A model generated the notes under the pieces. That model was not told where the DNA came from and made no database searches. It saw nothing but the letters and a program-made list of their open reading frames with translations. A stretch of 62,450 bases of DNA, the filler included, from an uncultured Methanosarcinales archaeon (GTDB taxonomy: Archaea; Nanobdellota; Nanobdellia; Woesearchaeales; DSVV01), in assembly GCA_964593285.1 (NCBI GenBank). It is 3 parts of 3 records of this genome, joined end to end, with 100 filler letters (N's around TTAATTAATTAA, not from the genome) between each part and the next. Parts side by side here need not be neighbours in the genome. Positions count along the whole stretch, not along the records: positions 1 to 23,186 come from CAZQHZ010000017.1; 2 more parts are not named here. One strand, written 5' to 3'. Positions 9,931 through 18,759 of the stretch are shown in pieces (the first letter of the stretch is position 1; the number at the start of each line of letters is the position of its first letter). Both the position numbers and the translations under genes were made by a program.

Positions 9931-10275
9931 ATGAGTAAAAAAAAAGAAGAATTAGAAAAACAAAAAAAAGTTGAAGAAGAAATAAGTAGAGTAAAATTAC
10001 CAAGAGATGATGAATCATTTGGTATATTAGTTCAAAGATTAGGTGGTTCTAGAAATTCAATTAGATGTTCTGATGGAAAAACAAGAATTTGTAGAATCCC
10101 AGGTAGGCTTAGAAGACGTTTATGGGTTAGAGAAGGAGATTTAGTATTAGTAAAACCATGGGAATTTGGTGGCGATGAAAAAGGAGATCTTGTTTTTAAA
10201 TATCGACCAACTCAAGTTCAATGGCTTAGAAAAAAAGGCTATTTGAAAAAAATAGATGATTTTGAAGATTTTTAA
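9931..10275 (+). CDS. eif1a: Translation initiation factor aIF-1A
   Basis: CSDGKTRICRIPGRLRRRLWVREGDLVLVKPW. Confidence 0.96.
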   Translation: MSKKKEELEKQKKVEEEISRVKLPRDDESFGILVQRLGGSRNSIRCSDGKTRICRIPGRLRRRLWVREGDLVLVKPWEFGGDEKGDLVFKYRPTQVQWLRKKGYLKKIDDFEDF

Positions 10276-10360
10276 TCTTACTTATTTTTTTATAATTTTA
10301 AAATATACTACTTAATAATAGAAATATTTATATATTTAAAATAAATACTATCACTTTAAA

Positions 10361-10936
10361 ATGAAAAATCATAATTATTTTAAATTATTATTATTGGTAG
10401 TGATAAGCTTTTTGGGAACTATTTTAATGCTTCCCAAAAATAATATAACATTATTTGTTAATGAATTCTATTTATTAATGTTGATGTTAATATTTGCAGG
10501 AATAGGTTTTTATTCTATAAAAAATGAAATGAAAATAGGTTATTTGTTATTTTCAGTTTTATTTTCAATAATTGTATTAAACGGGGTTTATTTATATTTA
10601 TTTCAAGAGCAAAACTTTTTAATTTTCATTTTTTTAGTTTTATTTGGTTTAATTGGTCTATTTAAATCTATAAATAGTATAAGTTGCAGTGAATGTAGAG
10701 ATTGTAAACCAATAGAAAATAAAGAATATACTAAACCAAAAACTATAATTGTTGATTCAGTAGATATAAAAAAACCAGTAGCTACAAAAAAAACAAAAAA
10801 GAAAAAAACATCAAAAGCTAAAAAAGCAGTAGCTACGAAAAAAGCTAAAAAAACATCAAAAGCTAAAAAAGTGGTAGCTAAGAAAAAAACATCAAAAGCT
10901 AAAAAAGTAGTAGCTAAGAAAAAAGCTAAAAAATAA
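10361..10936 (+). CDS. Four-TM membrane protein with CxxCxxC and a histone-H1-like Lys/Ala-rich tail
   Basis: Hydrophobic N-half, CSECRDC, and a C-tail of KKTSKAKKxVAxKK repeats. Confidence 0.7.
   Translation: MKNHNYFKLLLLVVISFLGTILMLPKNNITLFVNEFYLLMLMLIFAGIGFYSIKNEMKIGYLLFSVLFSIIVLNGVYLYLFQEQNFLIFIFLVLFGLIGLFKSINSISCSECRDCKPIENKEYTKPKTIIVDSVDIKKPVATKKTKKKKTSKAKKAVATKKAKKTSKAKKVVAKKKTSKAKKVVAKKKAKK
10771..10933 (+). repeat. Coding tandem repeats in the basic tail
   Basis: aaaaaaacatcaaaagctaaaaaag..gtagcta repeated three times, plus partial copies. Confidence 0.75.
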
Positions 10937-10939
10937 TTT

Positions 10940-11425
10940 TTATTTCTTTTTAAATTCTTCTTTAAGTATAATATAACTCATTATAATTATGCCTATTGTT
11001 ATAAAACTATCAGCAAAATTAAAAATAGGCCAAAAATTAAAATTTATAAAATCAACTACACCATTAAAAATAAATCTATCAATTAAATTTGACAATGCTC
11101 CTCCAAAAATTAATGATAAGGCTATTAAATATTTTTTTTCTATATTTTTAACATAATAAATCATAAAAAAAATAATTATTAATCCAAAAACTAATAATAA
11201 ATTATTATTTTCTGAAAATAAACTAAAAGCAGCTCCAGTATTGTAGACGTGTGTTAATGAAAAAAAATTATCTATTAAATATATGTGTTCATTTTCAACA
11301 ATTAATTTTCTAATGAAAAACTTAGATAATTGATCAATTATTAAAATAATAAAACCAATAATAAAAAAAGATAAATATTTTTTAAATATTTCATTATTAA
11401 TTATTTTAAATTTACATCTTTTCAT
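10940..11425 (-). CDS. lspA: Lipoprotein signal peptidase II
   Basis: DQLSK, NTGAAFS, GGALSNLIDR, VVDF and FNFAD; both catalytic Asp are present. Confidence 0.93.
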   Translation of the reverse strand: MKRCKFKIINNEIFKKYLSFFIIGFIILIIDQLSKFFIRKLIVENEHIYLIDNFFSLTHVYNTGAAFSLFSENNNLLLVFGLIIIFFMIYYVKNIEKKYLIALSLIFGGALSNLIDRFIFNGVVDFINFNFWPIFNFADSFITIGIIIMSYIILKEEFKKK

Positions 11426-11437
11426 TTTATTATAAAA

Positions 11438-11845
11438 TTATTTATACCAATAAGGTCTAGAATTATCTTTTTGTCTTAAATTATTTGAATTTTCTAAATT
11501 TTTTAATCTATTATCCATATTTTCAACCATTGCTTTTAAGGCATCAATTTTACTTGAAATAATATCAAGATTTTTTTCAATTTTTAAATCCCTTAAACTT
11601 TGTTCATTATTTTGATAATTCATTGCATTATTATTTGTTACATCCCTTATCTTAAAGTCATTATTTGGGTAATTTAATTCTTCATTATTTGGATTAGGTG
11701 GATTGTTCATATATTGATTATTATAATTTGGATTTTCATCATAGTTTGAATAATTATCATAATTTTCATTTAAATAAGGATTTTGAATATTTTCTTCATT
11801 CAAAGAATTTTCTTTATTTTTTGTTAACCAATTAAATATACCCAT
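11438..11845 (-). CDS. Hypothetical protein, Asn-rich linker and C-terminal coiled coil
   Basis: LDIISSKIDALKAMVENMDNRLKNLE heptads. Confidence 0.6.
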   Translation of the reverse strand: MGIFNWLTKNKENSLNEENIQNPYLNENYDNYSNYDENPNYNNQYMNNPPNPNNEELNYPNNDFKIRDVTNNNAMNYQNNEQSLRDLKIEKNLDIISSKIDALKAMVENMDNRLKNLENSNNLRQKDNSRPYWYK

Positions 11846-11920
11846 AAAACATAAAAAGAAAAACTATTTTATAAATATAAGTATTAACTAATTAATAATA
11901 AAAAATACTATTTAATTAAG

Positions 11921-12646
11921 ATGGATAAAAAAAATTTAATAAAAAAAATTTATTATTTGTTGCTAAATAATTATGGTTTTCAAGGGTGGTGGCCTTTGTT
12001 AAATTTAAAAAATTCAGAAAATGGCTATCATCTAAATGATTATAATTATCCAAAAAATAAAAAACAAATTTTTGAAATTTGTCTTGGAGCATTATTAACA
12101 CAAAATACTACTTGGAAAAATGCAAATAAAGCAATTATAAATTTACATGAAATTAATGCAATAAACCCAAAAAAATTAATTGAACTAAATGATATTAAAA
12201 CTGTTAAATTATTAGATGCAATAAAACCTGCAGGTTATTATAATCAAAAATTAAAAAAAATAATTATTTTTTCAAAATATTTTATTAATTTAAATGAAAA
12301 AATTCCAACAAAAATACAATTATTAAATTTATGGGGAATTGGTGATGAAACTGCAGATTCTATTTTGTTATATGCTTTTAAAAAGCCATCATTTGTAATC
12401 GATACATATACTAAGAGAATATTTTCAAGGATTGGTATATGTAATGATTCAATTGAATATATAAATTTACAAAATATTTTTCAAAATTCATTTATTAATG
12501 AATCTTATGATAATAAAATTCAAATTTATAATGAATATCATGCTTTAATTGTTTTGCATGCAAAAAATTTTTGTACTAAAAAACCAAAATGTAATGATTG
12601 TATTTTAAAAAAAGAATGTTTATATGCAAAAACTTGTAAATTTTAG
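11921..12646 (+). CDS. HhH-GPD endonuclease III-related DNA glycosylase
   Basis: QGWWP, GALLTQNTTW, LWGIGDETADSILLYA, VIDTY, C-terminal 4-Cys Fe-S motif. Confidence 0.9.
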   Translation: MDKKNLIKKIYYLLLNNYGFQGWWPLLNLKNSENGYHLNDYNYPKNKKQIFEICLGALLTQNTTWKNANKAIINLHEINAINPKKLIELNDIKTVKLLDAIKPAGYYNQKLKKIIIFSKYFINLNEKIPTKIQLLNLWGIGDETADSILLYAFKKPSFVIDTYTKRIFSRIGICNDSIEYINLQNIFQNSFINESYDNKIQIYNEYHALIVLHAKNFCTKKPKCNDCILKKECLYAKTCKF

Positions 12647-12658
12647 ATAAATTATTTT

Positions 12659-12758
12659 NNNNNNNNNNNNNNNNNNNNNNNNNNNNNNNNNNNNNNNNNN
12701 NNNNNNNNNNNNNNNNNNNNNNNNNNNNNNNNNNNNNNNNNNNNNNNNNNNNNNNNNN
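12659..12758. other. Scaffold gap (100 N)
   Basis: Run of N. Confidence 1.
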
Positions 12759-12760
12759 TT

Positions 12761-14341
12761 TTATAATTTCCATATTTCTTTAAAAGAATGCTCATAATCG
12801 CAATACTTACAAGCAAAAGTATTGTTTTTGCTTTTAATAAATTCAAGTTGTACTTTTTCAAATTCATCTGAAGTTATACATTTTTCATTTTTGCAACAAG
12901 TATGTTCAAATCCATAAATAACAGGTGGCATTGATAATCTGTATTTTTCAATAACTTTATTATTTTTTACAATATTTAAAGTACATCCAGGGGATACTGC
13001 AGATAATCTTTTAATATCTTTTTCATTAAATTTAGAATAATTTGGAATTGCCATTAATCCCTTATATATTCCACTATTTTGATTTGACTCACCAACTCCC
13101 ATAAATCCAGGGTCATATATTTTTAATATATTATGCATTAATGATAAATGTTTCCATATATCTTTTGTATTTTCTCCTCTGCAAATATGGTCAATTACAA
13201 TTCCATTTGATATTGGTGTTATTCCTTCTTTTATTTCTTTTTTTATATAATTTTTAGGCTTAATTGGTAAAATAAAATCTTCAATATAATTTTTTTCTTT
13301 AATACTTTCACCTATAAAATCATTTCCAATTTTTCCTGCAATTGAACTAAGAAGAGCAATTCTCCAAAAGTATCCATTTTGTGATTGCACATCCCATCCA
13401 TTAAGTTTTGTTTCTTCAATAAAATCAGGAATGCTTGGGTTTTCCTTATTCATAGGTAAGGGGTGGTAAAATTTAGTATTTTTTGGAATTAAATTTAAAA
13501 ATTCTTTTTTAAATGTAACAGCTTCTTCAAATTCATTTTTTCTCTGTAAAATTGTATCTCCCATTCTTTCTAACTGTAGTCTTGTAAAATAATGTATTGG
13601 TGCAATATTTTTTTGATTATAATATTCTTTTAAATTTTCAAAAACATTAACTTCAAAGCCATTTTGTTTCATAATATTAACATAAGTTTTTGGCATTTGA
13701 ATAATTTTTGGTGCAATTAAATCAACCTTTACTTCATTAAATCTTTTAAGACCATTAGCTTTAGAGTGAACTGTTCTTCCATGTAGTAAATCACCAATTA
13801 ATGCAACATGAATATAATCTCTTTTTCCGTTCATATGTTCCATAAATGTAAATTCATCTAGTTCTTCTTGTGTTGGATGTTCATGTTCTCCATCTCCACC
13901 ATTTATGAATGCAGGTTTTAATATATTGTTTCTTTTTGAAAATTTTTTTAATTTATCTTCAAGATAAGTGCATAAACCTTCAGTTTTAGAACGGATGATA
14001 AAAATATTATTATCATAATTTACAAGTGTTTTTATAGTATCATAATAGCTTTCTTTTTTTTTTAATGAAGAACTTGCAATATCTAAATTATTAACTTTAC
14101 ATCTATGAAACTCTGATGCATTCCAAAAAGATTCTTTAGTTCTAGTGCTAGGTTCTAAAAAAAAATGATATATTCCAAAATCTAAATCATTTATTCTAAA
14201 TTTATCTAATGTTTTTTTATCTTTTGGATTTTTTAGATATGCTTCTTTTAATTCTTTAGTTTTTTTATATAAATATAATTGTTCATCAATTGATAAATCA
14301 CTTGTTTTAGAAATTGTTCTTGAAATAAATGGATTATTCAT
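12761..14341 (-). CDS. pyrBI: Fused aspartate carbamoyltransferase catalytic/regulatory chain
   Basis: FLEPSTRT, HPTQ, GDLLHGRTVHS, HPLP, then PyrI GIVIDHI and CKNEKC..CKYC zinc site. Confidence 0.93.
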   Translation of the reverse strand: MNNPFISRTISKTSDLSIDEQLYLYKKTKELKEAYLKNPKDKKTLDKFRINDLDFGIYHFFLEPSTRTKESFWNASEFHRCKVNNLDIASSSLKKKESYYDTIKTLVNYDNNIFIIRSKTEGLCTYLEDKLKKFSKRNNILKPAFINGGDGEHEHPTQEELDEFTFMEHMNGKRDYIHVALIGDLLHGRTVHSKANGLKRFNEVKVDLIAPKIIQMPKTYVNIMKQNGFEVNVFENLKEYYNQKNIAPIHYFTRLQLERMGDTILQRKNEFEEAVTFKKEFLNLIPKNTKFYHPLPMNKENPSIPDFIEETKLNGWDVQSQNGYFWRIALLSSIAGKIGNDFIGESIKEKNYIEDFILPIKPKNYIKKEIKEGITPISNGIVIDHICRGENTKDIWKHLSLMHNILKIYDPGFMGVGESNQNSGIYKGLMAIPNYSKFNEKDIKRLSAVSPGCTLNIVKNNKVIEKYRLSMPPVIYGFEHTCCKNEKCITSDEFEKVQLEFIKSKNNTFACKYCDYEHSFKEIWKL

Positions 14342-14499
14342 TATTTATCACCTATATTAAATTATTATAATTCTTATTATAACTTTTAAATAGTAATTTT
14401 ATAATTTAGTTATTTCTTTTTATATTTAAATTATTTGAAAATATTTTGTTTTTTTCTTAGAAATATTTAAATATAATAATTAAGACTTGAATTATTAAG

Positions 14500-15975
14500 A
14501 TGGAAGAAAATGTTTTAATTAAAGAAATGAGAAGAAAGCATGATGAATTAGTAAAGCTTGGAATAAATCCTTATGCTTATAGCTATGATGTTAATAGTTC
14601 AACAAAAAAAATTAAAGAAAAATATAATCATTTAGAAAATGAAGAAAAAATAAATGATGAAGTAAAAATTGCAGGTAGAATTATTTCTAGCCGGAAAATG
14701 GGAAAAGCTGCATTTTTAAATTTACAAGATCAAGAAGGTAACATTCAAATTTATGTAAGAAAAGATGACTTAAAAGACATAGAATGGAAGGTTTTCAAAT
14801 TATTAGATATTGGTGATTTTATAGGTGTTAATGGAACTATTTTTAGAACAAAAAAAGGCGAAATAACAATTTATGTTAAATCTTTAACTATACTTTCTAA
14901 ATCATTAAGACCTTTGCCGGAAAAATATCATGGTATAAAAGATGCAGAAATTAAGTATAGAAAACGTTATCTTGATTTAATAATGAATCCAAAAGAAAAG
15001 GAACGTTTTATATTAAGAACTAAAATAATTAATTGTGTAAGAGAATTTTTAAATTCAAAAAATTTTTTAGAAGTTGAAACACCAGTACTACAAGTATTGT
15101 ATGGTGGAACAAATGCAAAACCATTTAAAACGCATATAAATGTATATAATATGCCAATGTATTTACGTGTTGCACCAGAATTATATTTAAAACGTTTAAT
15201 GGTTGCAGGTTTTGAAAGAGTTTATGAAATTGCTAGAAATTTTAGAAATGAAGGAGTTGATCAAACACACAATCCAGAATTTACAATGATTGAATGGTAT
15301 GAAGCATATGCTGATTATAATACTATGATGGATAGAGCAGAAGAGATGTATAAATTTATTGCAAAAAAATTGTTTGATAAAGAAATAATTTTTTATAATG
15401 ATTTAGAAATTGATATTAGTAAAAAATGGCCAAGAATTAAAATGATTGATGCAATCAAAAAATATTTAGATTTAGATGTTGAAAATTTAAATGAAAAAGA
15501 ATTAAATGATTTTGTTATTCAAAATAATTTACAAATTAAAGGTAATGAAAATTTTGGAAGTTTGGTTTTTGCAATTTTTGATAAATTAGTTTGTCATAAA
15601 TTAATTGAGCCAACATGGATTATTGATTATCCAAAAGAAGTATCGCCTTTGGCAAAAATACATAAAAGTGATGATAGATTTGTTGAAAGATTTGAGTGTT
15701 ATATAGGTGGAAAAGAAATTGGTGATGGTTGGTCTGAATTAATAAGTCCAATTGAACAAAAAAATCGTTTTAAAAATGAACAATCAGCAATGCGAAAAGG
15801 AAATGATGAAGCTCATCCAATGGACGACGATTTTATTGAATCATTAGAATATGCAATGCCACCAGCTGGTGGAATTGGTGTTGGTATTGATCGTCTTGTA
15901 ATGTTATTTACAAATTATTGGAGCATTAGAGATGTTATTTTTTTTCCAATTATGAAACCTGAAAAAGCACAATAA
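14500..15975 (+). CDS. lysS: Lysine--tRNA ligase, class II
   Basis: AGRI..R.MGK OB fold, YRKRYLDL, LRVAPELYLKRL, FRNEG..HNPEF, GIDRL. Confidence 0.97.
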   Translation: MEENVLIKEMRRKHDELVKLGINPYAYSYDVNSSTKKIKEKYNHLENEEKINDEVKIAGRIISSRKMGKAAFLNLQDQEGNIQIYVRKDDLKDIEWKVFKLLDIGDFIGVNGTIFRTKKGEITIYVKSLTILSKSLRPLPEKYHGIKDAEIKYRKRYLDLIMNPKEKERFILRTKIINCVREFLNSKNFLEVETPVLQVLYGGTNAKPFKTHINVYNMPMYLRVAPELYLKRLMVAGFERVYEIARNFRNEGVDQTHNPEFTMIEWYEAYADYNTMMDRAEEMYKFIAKKLFDKEIIFYNDLEIDISKKWPRIKMIDAIKKYLDLDVENLNEKELNDFVIQNNLQIKGNENFGSLVFAIFDKLVCHKLIEPTWIIDYPKEVSPLAKIHKSDDRFVERFECYIGGKEIGDGWSELISPIEQKNRFKNEQSAMRKGNDEAHPMDDDFIESLEYAMPPAGGIGVGIDRLVMLFTNYWSIRDVIFFPIMKPEKAQ

Positions 15976-16071
15976 ATATTTTGTATAAAAATAACTAAAA
16001 AATTTTAATAATATAAAATTATTATTTCACAAAAAGTAATCTTTATAAATTAGAATTTAAATCAGTTAATT

Positions 16072-16440
16072 ATGACATCAAAAATTGATGAAAAAAATAC
16101 AATCGGTTTAATAGAAGAAGTTATATTAAAAAATAAAGTTACAAATGAAGCTGTTAAAATTAAAGCAAGAATTGATACCGGTGCTCATTCAAATTCAATA
16201 GATTCAAATCTTGCAAAAGAATTATCACTTGGCCCATCAATTAAAACAACAGTTGTTAAATCTGCAAATGGTTATTCATTACGACAAGTATTTAATGTAG
16301 ATGTAATTATTAAAGATAAAAAAATTGAGGGAAAATTTACTATTGCGGATAGATCAAAAATGAAATATAAAATTTTAATTGGAAGAGATATTTTATCAAG
16401 AATTAATTTATTGATAGATCCACAAAAAAATAATATATAG
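16072..16440 (+). CDS. RimK-associated retropepsin-like protease (RimB / 'ATP-dependent Zn protease' family)
   Basis: KARIDTGA and DRSKMKYKILIGR; directly upstream of rimK. Confidence 0.85.
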   Translation: MTSKIDEKNTIGLIEEVILKNKVTNEAVKIKARIDTGAHSNSIDSNLAKELSLGPSIKTTVVKSANGYSLRQVFNVDVIIKDKKIEGKFTIADRSKMKYKILIGRDILSRINLLIDPQKNNI

Positions 16441-16450
16441 GGTGTTAATT

Positions 16451-17533
16451 ATGTCTTATAAAGCTGCAATTATTAGTCTTGGAAGTGTTAGTTCAAAATG
16501 GACTTTTGAGAGGATGCAAAACTATTTTAGCGAAGTTGATGAATTAGATTTAAAAAAAATTAAAATTAAACTTGGTAGTGAAAATGGTGTTTTTTATGAA
16601 AATGAACCATTAAAGGATTATGATTGTATTTATGCAAAAGGTTCATATAAATTTGGAATAGTTCTTCGGGCTTTAACTTCAATGCTTGCAGGTAAATGTT
16701 TTATGCCAATAAAAGCGAGTTCTTTTACAGTTGGTCATAATAAAATTTTAACACAATTAAAATTGCAATCTGCAAAAATTCCAACACCCATAACTTACAT
16801 GGCACCATCAATCTTTGCAGCAAAATCTGTTTTAGATGAAATTAATTTTCCAATAATTATGAAATTTCCAGAAGGAACGCAAGGTAAAGGTGTAATGTTT
16901 GCGGAATCTTATGCAGCTGCATCTTCAATGCTTGATGCTTTTGCTTCATTAAATCAGCCAGTTTTAATTCAAGAATATATAGAAACTGGTTCTACTGATA
17001 CAAGAGTTATTGTTGTTGGTGAAAAAGTTGTTTCTGCAATGCAAAGAAAAGCAGTAATGGGTGAAAAACGAGCAAATATTCATACTGGTGCAACAGGCGA
17101 TAGTGTAACTTTAGATAGTTTAACTAGGAAAATAGCTATAAAAACTGCAAAAACTATGAATTGTGAAGTATGTGCAGTAGATATTTTAGAAGGTGTTAAA
17201 GGACCAAGGGTTATTGAAATTAATTTATCACCTGGCCTTCAAGGAATTACTAAAGTTACAAAAGTTGATATTGCAGACAAAATTGCAAAATATTTATTTG
17301 AAAAAACAAAGGAATTCAAAGAGCAAAACAAATCTAATGATACAAGTGATATATTTAAAGATCTAGGAATCAATGTTAAAGATAAACAATGTCAAGAGAT
17401 AATTACTTCAGCAGATTTTAGAGCAGATAGATTACTACTACCAAACGTTATTAAAAATTTATCACAAATAGGTGATGATGATGAAATAATTATTAAAGTT
17501 GAGAAAGGTAATATTAATATTACTAAAGCTTAA
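16451..17533 (+). CDS. RimK-family ATP-grasp ligase with a C-terminal AbrB/SpoVT-like extension
   Basis: KFPEGTQGKGV, LIQEYI, DTRVIVVG, RANIHTGA, EINLSPG, plus an extra C-terminal domain. Confidence 0.9.
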   Translation: MSYKAAIISLGSVSSKWTFERMQNYFSEVDELDLKKIKIKLGSENGVFYENEPLKDYDCIYAKGSYKFGIVLRALTSMLAGKCFMPIKASSFTVGHNKILTQLKLQSAKIPTPITYMAPSIFAAKSVLDEINFPIIMKFPEGTQGKGVMFAESYAAASSMLDAFASLNQPVLIQEYIETGSTDTRVIVVGEKVVSAMQRKAVMGEKRANIHTGATGDSVTLDSLTRKIAIKTAKTMNCEVCAVDILEGVKGPRVIEINLSPGLQGITKVTKVDIADKIAKYLFEKTKEFKEQNKSNDTSDIFKDLGINVKDKQCQEIITSADFRADRLLLPNVIKNLSQIGDDDEIIIKVEKGNINITKA

Positions 17534-17583
17534 ATTTTTTTATATTAATAACATTTAAAATAACAAACAAATTCTTTTTTTAT

Positions 17584-18708
17584 ATGTTTAAATTAATCAA
17601 TACAGATAAATTTGCAAGAGTTGGTGAATTAAAGGTAAATAATAAAAAAATTAAAACTCCTTTTTTTATGCCTGTTGCAACAAAAGGTAGTGTTAAATAT
17701 ATTAATACAAATACCCTAAAAAATACAAAAACAAAAAGTATTATTTCTAATTCTTTATTAATGTATTGGACGTATGGATTAAATAATATAAAAAAAGCAA
17801 AAGGCATTCATAAATTTATTAATTGGGATAATTTTATTTTTACAGATTCTGGTGGTTTTCAAAGTTTAAATTCAAATTTATTAAAATACACTACAAGTAA
17901 ATATGCTTTATTTAAATCTCCATTTGATGGATTACTACATAAAATAACTCCAAAAAAAGCAATGCAAATTCAATACGATATTGCATCTGATGTTTCTATG
18001 TGTTTAGATGAAGTTCCTTTATATAATGATGATTTGAGAACAATTAGATCAAAAACCCTAAGAACACATTCATGGGCAAGAGAATGTAAAAAACATCATG
18101 ATGAAATTGATAAAAAAAATAAGCAATTATTATTTGGTATAGTTCAGGGTGGAAATTATGTAGATATTAGAAAAAAAAGTATTGATTTTATTTCAAAATT
18201 AAATTTTGATGGAATTGCTCAAGGTGGTCTTGCAATTGGTGAACCTATAGAAAATATGTATAAAACATTAAAAATAACATCTAAATTAATGCCAAAAGAA
18301 AAACCAAGATATTTAATGGGTGTTGGTAACCCAGTAGATATACTAGAGAGTATTTCAAATGGTATAGATTGCTTTGATAGTACTTTTCCAACACAAAATG
18401 CAAGACATGGAAATTTATTTACAATGAATGGATATTTAAAATTATTACAAAAAAAATATGTGGTTGATTTTTCTCCAATTGAAAAAGATTGTGATTGTTT
18501 TGCATGTAAAAATTATACAAGGGCTTTTATTAGACATTTATTAAAATACAAAGAAGGTGCAGGCTATGAACTTGCAACGATTCATAATTTAAGATTCATG
18601 CAAAGGTTAATGGAACAAATTCATATAAAAATTAGTGAAGAGAAATTTTATCCTTTTAAAGAAAAAATAATTAAAAAATATAAAAAAACAAAAAAATTAG
18701 CAATTTAA
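17584..18708 (+). CDS. tgt: tRNA-guanine transglycosylase, bacterial/queuine type
   Basis: TPFFMPVAT, TDSGGFQ, GIVQGG, GGLAIGE, PRYLMGVG, FDS, CDCFAC..H; 374 aa with no PUA domain. Confidence 0.92.
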   Translation: MFKLINTDKFARVGELKVNNKKIKTPFFMPVATKGSVKYINTNTLKNTKTKSIISNSLLMYWTYGLNNIKKAKGIHKFINWDNFIFTDSGGFQSLNSNLLKYTTSKYALFKSPFDGLLHKITPKKAMQIQYDIASDVSMCLDEVPLYNDDLRTIRSKTLRTHSWARECKKHHDEIDKKNKQLLFGIVQGGNYVDIRKKSIDFISKLNFDGIAQGGLAIGEPIENMYKTLKITSKLMPKEKPRYLMGVGNPVDILESISNGIDCFDSTFPTQNARHGNLFTMNGYLKLLQKKYVVDFSPIEKDCDCFACKNYTRAFIRHLLKYKEGAGYELATIHNLRFMQRLMEQIHIKISEEKFYPFKEKIIKKYKKTKKLAI

Positions 18709-18759
18709 TCGAAAAGTTTATTAACAAATATTTGTTATCTATTTAAAGAGGGGATTTAA

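Noticed and set aside
10771..10933. Tandem repeats as a CRISPR array
   Set aside because: In-frame coding repeats with no unique spacers and no cas genes in the window.
12576..12867. ORF-track entries spanning the N gap
   Set aside because: Open only because of the Ns, and they overlap real genes.
225..18708. QueD-like gene plus TGT as a DNA 7-deazaguanine (dpd) modification island
   Set aside because: The genes are 17 kb apart, the TGT is a tRNA-type enzyme, the QueD-like protein lacks the catalytic Cys, and no dpdB/C, queC or queE is in the window.
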